Made by a program: the position numbers and the translations under genes. From an uncultured Planctomycetaceae bacterium (GTDB lineage Bacteria > Planctomycetota > Planctomycetia > Pirellulales > UBA1268): 56,682 nt of DNA. Below the pieces are notes generated by a model. It saw nothing but the letters and a program-made list of their open reading frames with translations. It made no database searches and was not told where the DNA came from. The stretch covers positions 1 to 56,682 of the forward strand of contig CAJBCV010000037.1 in assembly GCA_903951635.1 (NCBI GenBank), in the 5' to 3' direction. Shown here piece by piece: positions 50,402 to 56,682 of the stretch; within the stretch, counting starts at the first letter, position 1, and each line of letters begins with the position of its first letter.

Positions 50402-51175
50402 TCAGCGTGGGCGACTCTCGGCATAGAGCACCAGACACGACGGGTGCCGGCACCACCACTTCTGGGCCAGATGCCAGGGGAGGAGGGTCCACTCGTTGAG
50501 GACGATACCGAGGGCCGCCGGGATGGATGTCTTGAGGAACACCGAACGATCCCCCGAGGCAAGTGTCCTCTCCCGCATGGAGCGGCTCCGCAGGCTCCGC
50601 TCGGCGTGCCAGACGAGGGCATTGGAGAGCCCGAAGAGGAGATTGGAGAGGGGGAAGGTGAGTCCGGAGAGGTGGACGACGTCCCACGATTCCCGAGCGA
50701 GGTGCTGCGCGAGCGAGTCTTGCGTGTACCGCCGCTGGTGCCCGGCGATCTCGTCCTCGATTCCCCAGTGGGCTTCCGATCCCGGCACGATCGTGATCAG
50801 GAGTCCATTCGGGGCCAGAAGCTCCCGGCATCGGCGGAAATAGGCCGATTCCCCGGCGTCGTCCAGGTGCTCGACGACCATGCAGGAAATGATGAGGTCG
50901 AAGCGGGTGTCCTCGAGCCAGGGAACCTCCGCGAGGAAGTCGGCCTGGTGGGTCTCGTAGCGGCCACGTTCCACAAACGCACGGTTCCCTGCTTCGGCGC
51001 GGGCCAGGCTCGGGGCATGGAGATCGAGCCCCGTGCCGGTCCAGCCTTGCCCGAGGAGCAGGCCACTGACCCATCCGGACCCACACCCCACCTCGAGAAA
51101 CCGGCCCGGTACGAGCCGGCCGAGCCTTTCCTTCAGATACATTCCCTGCAGGATCGTGCCTGGCGGATACACCAT
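50402..51175 (-). CDS. class I SAM-dependent methyltransferase
   Basis: FLEVGCGSGWVSG (motif I), DLIISCMVVEHLDD and PNGLLITIVP are present. Confidence 0.82.
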   Translation of the reverse strand: MVYPPGTILQGMYLKERLGRLVPGRFLEVGCGSGWVSGLLLGQGWTGTGLDLHAPSLARAEAGNRAFVERGRYETHQADFLAEVPWLEDTRFDLIISCMVVEHLDDAGESAYFRRCRELLAPNGLLITIVPGSEAHWGIEDEIAGHQRRYTQDSLAQHLARESWDVVHLSGLTFPLSNLLFGLSNALVWHAERSLRSRSMRERTLASGDRSVFLKTSIPAALGIVLNEWTLLPWHLAQKWWCRHPSCLVLYAESRPR

Positions 51176-51204
51176 CGCAAACGAACTCCGAAGCGTCGTG
51201 TTGG

Positions 51205-52041
51205 TCAGCCTTGCCCGGCACGATAGAGCCGCTTTTCAGGGGGTTGGTAATACTCGTCGAGGCTGGTCACCACCCTTGTAGACCAGCCGAGGAGCTGCCT
51301 CGATCGCTCCGGCAGCGAGAGGAGCATGTCGTCGCCGAGGGCGCGGACATGGTCGATCTGCGGCTTGATCCACGAACGGGTGAACTGATGGTTGATGGCC
51401 AGGCGGTCGAAGCCGGAGACGTTGCGGCCGGAAGCGTGCCAGAGCGTGGAATCGAAGACGATCATCGTCCCCGCCGGGCAGGTCAGGGCCACGGCATCCC
51501 GGGCGAGTGAATCCCTGTCAGGGCTCTCGGTCTTCTGGTGCGAGCCGGGGACGACCAAGGTCGAGCCGTTGTCGACGGTGAACTCGCTGATGGCGATGAA
51601 GACGTTGATCGAAGCGAGGTAGCCGTTGAGCAGCCGGCGGAAATCCATGTGGAAATTGTTCTGAAAGACCTCCGGGGCGGTTCCCCTGGGGTGGCTTGGG
51701 AGGATGAAACCGTTCTGGAGGTGGAGGATGGCGGTCGGCGACACGGTGGCGTCGACGATGGCGAGCATCTCCGGGATCTCGAGATACCGGGTGAAGAAAC
51801 GATCGAACCTCATCATCAGCCGTAGCACGCCGAGCTCCCCCGCCCGCTCGAGGCGTTCTTCGCCGATCTCGGCACGGATCTGTTGCTGGACGGTGCGGAG
51901 CCGCTCGGAGGTCTCCGCGAGCATGTCCGGCGGAATGGCCCCCGTGATCAGCGCGCAGCCCACGTCGCGGATCCGGGCGAGCGTGTGCGCGAGCCAACGC
52001 TCGTCGGTTCGGCAGCAGAGAAAAGGGTTTTGGGGTGTCAT
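51205..52041 (-). CDS. phytanoyl-CoA dioxygenase (PhyH) family Fe(II)/2-oxoglutarate-dependent oxygenase
   Basis: The ATG at 52041 lies inside ORF 51205-52581. HMDF (HxD), [21 protein letters not shown] (distal His) and R...INHQF fit the PhyH facial-triad pattern. Confidence 0.78.
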   Translation of the reverse strand: MTPQNPFLCCRTDERWLAHTLARIRDVGCALITGAIPPDMLAETSERLRTVQQQIRAEIGEERLERAGELGVLRLMMRFDRFFTRYLEIPEMLAIVDATVSPTAILHLQNGFILPSHPRGTAPEVFQNNFHMDFRRLLNGYLASINVFIAISEFTVDNGSTLVVPGSHQKTESPDRDSLARDAVALTCPAGTMIVFDSTLWHASGRNVSGFDRLAINHQFTRSWIKPQIDHVRALGDDMLLSLPERSRQLLGWSTRVVTSLDEYYQPPEKRLYRAGQG

Positions 52042-52667
52042 CGGTCGGTGCGGACGAGGATGGTGAACTCCCACAAGCCGTAGTCGTGCAGAAGGCTCAC
52101 GTGGCGGGAGAAGCGACGCTGACAGGTTTCGAAGAGCTGGCAGGGATCGGCATAGTGGAGGTCGGGCCGACGGAGCTTGGGATCGCTTGCCATCGTGAGG
52201 AGGTTGAAGGCGAATCCACGCGTCGACATCCGCGCCATCGCCTCGAGCGTTGCAAGGATGTAGTCGGCCCAGGTCTCGTCTGGCGTCTGCTGCTTGACGT
52301 TGAAGATGCCGCTGGCCACGACGTAATCGACTGGCTGGTCGGTTGCCGCGCCGACGGCAAAGGGAGCCGGTGGCTCGTCGCGATGGAGCCTTCGGGCTTC
52401 GTCGATCATGGCCTCCGAGAGGTCGAGCCCGAAATAGCTCACCGGGTCGCCGGCGGCCCGGAGGTGATCGAGGAGGGCCCCGTAGCCACACCCGAGATCG
52501 AGGAGACTGTAGGGGCTTCTCCGGTCGCAGAGCTTGAGAAGCTGATCGAACCGCAGGAGTTGACCCTCGTGGGAGTTCCAATCCACGCCCCGGGGCGTGG
52601 GGCCGAAGTCCGTGACCTTGCCGGTGTAGTAGCGGCGAACCTGTTCCTGGAGGTCGTCCGACGTCAT
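52038..52667 (-). CDS. class I SAM-dependent methyltransferase
   Basis: The ATG at 52667 lies inside ORF 52038-53249. [11 protein letters not shown] is motif I and YVVASGIFN is also present. The stop overlaps the downstream ATG (ATGA at 52038-52041). Confidence 0.78.
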   Translation of the reverse strand: MTSDDLQEQVRRYYTGKVTDFGPTPRGVDWNSHEGQLLRFDQLLKLCDRRSPYSLLDLGCGYGALLDHLRAAGDPVSYFGLDLSEAMIDEARRLHRDEPPAPFAVGAATDQPVDYVVASGIFNVKQQTPDETWADYILATLEAMARMSTRGFAFNLLTMASDPKLRRPDLHYADPCQLFETCQRRFSRHVSLLHDYGLWEFTILVRTDR

Positions 52668-53401
52668 GGCAGGGGCTCCCGCACGAGGTACCGCGCCGCC
52701 TCGGGGCCGGTGTGAACGAGGAGATCGACGACGCTCACGGCATGATCGAAGGGGGGATGGAGTTGCTCGTATTCGGGATAGCCGCCGTAGCTCATCCATG
52801 AAAGCCCGATGCCGGCCTCGGCGAAGCGTTCCGGGACGAGATAGTCCTGGGCGGCAGGGCCCGAGAGGTAGTCGGTGGCGCCGGCGGCCTGACACAAGCC
52901 CACCAGTCGCTCCGTCTTCGAGCCCGTCGGATGATACTCGGCATCGTCGGAAAGTCGGGTGGCGATCCCGAGGAGGGAGCAGAGTTCCCGGAGAAAGAGA
53001 CGATTGACCTCGCTCAAGAGTCGGCACCGGGAGGCTGTGGCGTAGAGGGCTTCCAGGTCCCGGGCATAGGTGGGGAAGTGGGGGGCCGCGCCATAGGCTG
53101 TCTTCAGTCTTGCCCAGTGGTGCTCCGCCCAGTCGGGATCGGAGATCTCGGTCTCCCGGATCGACTGGAGGTAGCGTCCGGTCACCTTCACCGGAATGGT
53201 CAGCCAGACGGCTCCTTCGCGGGTCTTGATCCGATTTCGGTTGCGCCAATCCCGTCGGGTGTACTGGACACTGTCGAGGAGGACGAACTCGTCCACCTGC
53301 CGGATCATGTCGAAGTATCCCTTCCAGGGGATGTAGTTCGACTGGACGATCGCGACTCGCTTCGTGTTCCCTGCCGGCGTCGACATGCGTGGCTGCGTCA
53401 T
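52664..53401 (-). CDS. WbqC-like family protein
   Basis: [45 protein letters not shown] matches the WbqC N-terminal pattern (QP.y.PW.GYF..i...D.fv.lD.vq...R.w.NRNrI). The stop overlaps the next ATG (ATGA). An alternative ATG start lies at 53386. Confidence 0.75.
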   Translation of the reverse strand: MTQPRMSTPAGNTKRVAIVQSNYIPWKGYFDMIRQVDEFVLLDSVQYTRRDWRNRNRIKTREGAVWLTIPVKVTGRYLQSIRETEISDPDWAEHHWARLKTAYGAAPHFPTYARDLEALYATASRCRLLSEVNRLFLRELCSLLGIATRLSDDAEYHPTGSKTERLVGLCQAAGATDYLSGPAAQDYLVPERFAEAGIGLSWMSYGGYPEYEQLHPPFDHAVSVVDLLVHTGPEAARYLVREPLP

Positions 53402-53468
53402 CCTTTCCGTCGCCTTCGGTGAAGACCTCATGCTACCAGCGTGGGGACAATCGGCTCGGGAGCGTGTG

Positions 53469-55727
53469 TCAGGGGAGCGCGGGATCCGCGTTCGCCGGCT
53501 CCGGCGCGATGCGGTCGAGGAACGGCAGCAAGCCGATCGGCCGGCCGGCGGAGTCGTGAAGCCGGAGCAGGAGTCGATGATCGGCGAGGATCTCCCCTGG
53601 CGGGAGTGTGATCCGTAGTTCGCGGGCGACGGAAAGATCGATCGGGGCGCCAGTCGCTCCGTCGGTGAGCGAGTCTTCGCCCCGATCCAGGGCATCCGTC
53701 GCCGCGACGCCGTCCAGAGGGACGCTCCGGCGTGTGGTCAGGTCGTGGAGCCCGACGCGCCCGAGCGACTGCCCGGGCCGAGCCGCGATCGACACGGAAA
53801 ACGACGACTCGGCCGTCCATCGGCAGCAGTCGACGAGCGTGGGTGGGGGCTGTGTCTTCAGCGAGAGGAGGTGGAATCCATCGACGGCCCCCCGGTCTTC
53901 GTAGGCGTCCCGCATTTCGCGGATCAGTCGGGGCGATGTGTCGGGGCGCTCCGACCGAATGAATCTCTCGAACAGCGGCTCGTGAAAGACGAAGAAACTC
54001 CGCGGGTGGCTCTCGAGCGCGGTCAACAGCGCGTGCTGGTCGGCGTCCGAGAAGACCTGCACGATGGTGCTCAGCGTGATGTCACTCGGCGTCGGCTTGC
54101 CGGTCCAGAAGTAAAGGCTGTTGAGGCCGATGTTGGACAGAAAAGTGTCTGAGTGGAGCGTCAGATTGTGGGCCAACCAGTGGTAGACCGCCACCTGATG
54201 CTCCTCGAGTCGCAGCCGCTGTGCGCCGGGGAGATCGAGCGATTCCTTCGTGGCGATCGTGCGTTCGGCCTTGCGCACCTGGTGGAGCAGGACCACGGCG
54301 ACCGCCGCCAACACCAGCGGCGTCAAGGCACGCTGAGCCACCGAAGCGAACGAGCCTGGTTGAATCTGGGAGCGGAGCCAGGCGAGCGCGTCGGCCAGGC
54401 AGATCGCCGCGATCGGTAGGAAAAGGAAGGTGCCGGTGGTGCCCTGAGTGCCGGCTACGGGATAGGCGATGAGCACCTCGAGCAGGGCGAACCAGCAGAG
54501 GAAGAGCCGGGCCAGGGGCGATCGCAGGGGAAGAGCGAACGGGGGGACGAGTGCCAGGCCGAGGAATGGGGTGGCATAAGCGATCAGCAGGCCATTGCCG
54601 ACGTGCGACTGGCCTGATCGCTGGGCTTCGAGGACTGTGACGAACACGAGTCCGCCGAAGAGCAGCTTCAAGCCCGCGACGAGGAGCGTCTGGAGGTCTT
54701 TCCGTCGCCGAAGTTCCAGGGGCATCAGGGACGTCGCTGCCCAGAACACGATTGGGGCCACCCAGACGACGCGCCAGGCAAGCTGTCCGTTCGGGATCGG
54801 CATGTGAAAGTGCCCCGTGAACCGCAGCGCCCGGAGGACGAGCCCTTCCCAGAGGCCATGAAGCGATGTCCCCCTTGCCAGCACGAAGGCGCAGGAAAGC
54901 AGGGCTGGGAGCACGAGCGCCAGGACCACGATCCACCACCGGGGCGGCATCCGTTCGAGTTCCCCGTGCCGCTGGCTGATCAGGAGGCAGACCACCGCGA
55001 GCACCATGGTGCCCGCGAATCTCGCGGTGGACGGCTCGTCGAGGTTGCCACGCATGAGGAGCACCGGCAGGGCGACCGCGGCCGCGGCGAGGAACCAGCG
55101 GGCGATCCGCCAAGACTTTCCGAAATCGAACGCGAACAGGACCGCCATCAGCCAGGCGAGGGTGGCGAGAACGCCGACGTTGATCTTCGTGAAGATCAAG
55201 CTCGTCGCGATCGCGGCACCGAGGGCGAGAGGGAGCGTGCTCCTGCCGGGCCTGGCGGTGGCAGCCGACGCAGCCAGCGCCGCAAACAAGAGCGTGCAGA
55301 GTTCCTGGGGGTGGGCCGGCTCGGAGCGCAGGGCCGTGAGGTGGAAGAGCACGCCGAGAAAGGTGAGCGCCACCATCGAAGTCTGGCGGGTCAGGAGCCA
55401 GACGCACGCGCAGCAGAGGGCGATCGAGCCGATCCAGTGCCCCATGGTGACGAAGCGCACGGCGTCCGTCGTGAGGGGCACGCCGAGAGGTCCGTAGAGG
55501 AAGCCGTAGGCCAGGTAATAGAACGGCCCGTAGACATTCGGAATCCGGTCGTACATCACGCCACCGTCGAGAAAATGGCGGAGGACGATCATCATCCAGC
55601 CCTCGTCGTCGTAGACCGAGAAGTGGCTGAAGAGGCTCAGATCCATGTAGGCGATCGCCGCGAGCGTGAGGGCGATCCCCAACGCGACCTGGAGCAGGAT
55701 CGTGAGGCGGCGGCGAACGTCGTTCAA
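53469..55727 (-). CDS. polytopic membrane protein, GT-C-like (ArnT/PMT-type) glycosyltransferase candidate with a ~280-aa C-terminal soluble domain
   Basis: The TTG start at 55727 is preceded by AGGAG 8 nt upstream. The first ~470 aa contain more than 10 hydrophobic segments. An acidic motif follows TM1 (FSVYDDEGWMM), as in GT-C enzymes. The C-terminal domain is non-hydrophobic. The family call is inference only. Confidence 0.7.
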   Translation of the reverse strand: MNDVRRRLTILLQVALGIALTLAAIAYMDLSLFSHFSVYDDEGWMMIVLRHFLDGGVMYDRIPNVYGPFYYLAYGFLYGPLGVPLTTDAVRFVTMGHWIGSIALCCACVWLLTRQTSMVALTFLGVLFHLTALRSEPAHPQELCTLLFAALAASAATARPGRSTLPLALGAAIATSLIFTKINVGVLATLAWLMAVLFAFDFGKSWRIARWFLAAAAVALPVLLMRGNLDEPSTARFAGTMVLAVVCLLISQRHGELERMPPRWWIVVLALVLPALLSCAFVLARGTSLHGLWEGLVLRALRFTGHFHMPIPNGQLAWRVVWVAPIVFWAATSLMPLELRRRKDLQTLLVAGLKLLFGGLVFVTVLEAQRSGQSHVGNGLLIAYATPFLGLALVPPFALPLRSPLARLFLCWFALLEVLIAYPVAGTQGTTGTFLFLPIAAICLADALAWLRSQIQPGSFASVAQRALTPLVLAAVAVVLLHQVRKAERTIATKESLDLPGAQRLRLEEHQVAVYHWLAHNLTLHSDTFLSNIGLNSLYFWTGKPTPSDITLSTIVQVFSDADQHALLTALESHPRSFFVFHEPLFERFIRSERPDTSPRLIREMRDAYEDRGAVDGFHLLSLKTQPPPTLVDCCRWTAESSFSVSIAARPGQSLGRVGLHDLTTRRSVPLDGVAATDALDRGEDSLTDGATGAPIDLSVARELRITLPPGEILADHRLLLRLHDSAGRPIGLLPFLDRIAPEPANADPALP

Positions 55728-55796
55728 GATTCCGCTCCTGGCGCGGGACGGGGCGGCATCGAACGCGTGGTCGTGAGACGTCCTCTTCGGCGGGAG

Positions 55797-55901
55797 TCAG
55801 GCGATCGAGGCGACCACGACCAGGGCGGTGGCGGGCGCGCGGACCACGGCGGCCGGGCCTCGTGAGGACTTCTCGGGGATCGGGGCCTTGAACGGATTCA
55901 T
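55797..55901 (-). CDS. possible 34-aa small hydrophobic-tailed peptide
   Basis: The ATG at 55901 lies inside ORF 55797-56093. The product is MNPFKAPIPEKSSRGPAAVVRAPATALVVVASIA. 31 of the 34 sense codons end in G/C. The ORF lies 70 nt upstream of the GT-C-like gene on the same strand. There is no homology evidence. Confidence 0.3.
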   Translation of the reverse strand: MNPFKAPIPEKSSRGPAAVVRAPATALVVVASIA

Positions 55902-56096
55902 GGTCCGGCTCGTGGGGCGCTCTACGGTTCGCCGTCGAGGCGGCGCTTCCGTGGGAAGTTGGGGACATTGTACCCCCGAGGGAGATTGTCGCCACGCGAG
56001 GGGGAAGGGGCGTGGACTTCGAGCAAACGGAGGGCCGGAGACGCTGAACGCGCAGGCCGTGTGCGGGACTCTCTGGGGAGCGACGACGTTCACCGC

Positions 56097-56682
56097 TCAC
56101 GGTGGCGCGAGTCGCTCGCTTTGCTGCGGGGAAAGTGGGATCCTCACGATCCGGTTGTGATCCCACGAGCCGCTCGAGGCGGCGCCGGCGAAAAGCGTGA
56201 CGCGCTCGGGCTCCACAAGGAGAAACGGCGTGACGTGGCCGAAGCGGTCGACGTCGTTTCCAGAGCGTTCCGCAAAGAGCCCCTCCGACTTCCAGGTAAG
56301 GCCGTCGGGGCTCGTGGCCAGCCTGGTTCCCTCGCGCGATTCGGAGGTCATCGCGAGGGTGGCGCCGATCCGGACAACGTGGACGCCTCCGGCATCCTCC
56401 CCGAAGACAGGCTCGGCCTGCGGGCGGATCCAGGTCAGGCCGTCGACCGACTCGGCGTAGCCGACGGCGCGAACCGACCGATCGGACGTCGGCACCCCTT
56501 TCGCCGGAGCGCCCACTGGCAGGTCGCGCCGGCCGTCGTACCACATCCGGAAGCGACCGTTCTCATGGAGGACACTCGGCCGGCCGACGAGGAGCGAATC
56601 CCAGGCGCCGTCGGCGCCGGGGCCCAACACCGTCCCCTGCTCCTGCCAGGTGACCCCATCGGCAGAGGTCGCCAGGGCGATC
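56097..56682 (-). CDS. beta-propeller protein of the GH43/32/130-like fold; the 5' end lies outside the window
   Basis: The frame stays open to the window edge (…IALATSADGVTWQEQGTVLGPGADGAWDS…). There are three S-x-DG-x-TW blade motifs (SADGVTW, SVDGLTW, SPDGLTW) plus RFRMWYDG. It appears paralogous in style to 48733-49653. Confidence 0.7.
   Translation of the reverse strand, partial: IALATSADGVTWQEQGTVLGPGADGAWDSLLVGRPSVLHENGRFRMWYDGRRDLPVGAPAKGVPTSDRSVRAVGYAESVDGLTWIRPQAEPVFGEDAGGVHVVRIGATLAMTSESREGTRLATSPDGLTWKSEGLFAERSGNDVDRFGHVTPFLLVEPERVTLFAGAASSGSWDHNRIVRIPLSPQQSERLAPP

Noticed and set aside
54082-56544. 820-aa minus-strand ORF overlapping the GT-C-like gene in another frame
   Set aside because: The translation is extremely Arg/Pro/Gly/Ala-rich with no hydrophobic segments. 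The alternative frame (53469-55727) gives a coherent polytopic membrane protein with an AGGAG-TTG start, and the 56097-56682 frame gives clear propeller motifs.

Overview
This is a high-GC bacterial chromosomal segment with GC-saturated third codon positions, which produce many long antisense 'shadow' ORFs. The gene content suggests a Planctomycetota-type genome, but that is inference only. The supporting families are DUF1573, a multihaem cytochrome with a CGCTG motif, FHA, giant TPR proteins, Lys/Ala/Pro-rich tails, and ExbBD without a visible TonB.

I support about 48 CDS. No rRNA, tRNA, CRISPR array or transposase could be recognised.

Most of the window is housekeeping:
- a fabF 3' end plus a KAS-like paralogue
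- nusA-infB-rbfA
- yebC
- proS
- a YhaM-like HD exonuclease plus rnr
- gcvT-gcvH plus a lipoate ligase-like gene
- serC-serA
- a XerC/D-type recombinase
- metH
- a ThiO-like oxidase
- mutM
- trpB-trpA

The parts that deserve a second look are:
1. 38.4-40.0 kb: a compact three-gene operon of a small membrane protein, a BY-kinase/MinD-like protein and an ExeA-like AAA protein. Both P-loop lysines are substituted.
2. 45.5-56.7 kb: an amino-sugar tailoring and polyprenyl-phosphate glycan transfer island. It starts 5 nt after trpA and holds WecE, a NeuD-type acetyltransferase, three methyltransferases, a PhyH dioxygenase, WbqC, a GtrB/ArnC-like GT2, a GT-C-like membrane enzyme, two beta-propellers and a 34-codon ORF.
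3. 26.5-33.1 kb: an ExbB-ExbD-ExbD motor preceded by two secreted alpha-helical/TPR proteins, with no TonB visible.
4. 1-2.7 kb: a KAS paralogue lacking the catalytic Cys, next to a canonical KAS and a secretin-like gene.
5. 8.0-9.3 kb: an HhH-GPD-like protein with a histone-H1-like tail, translationally coupled to rbfA.

All family assignments come from motif recognition by eye. No database search was run.
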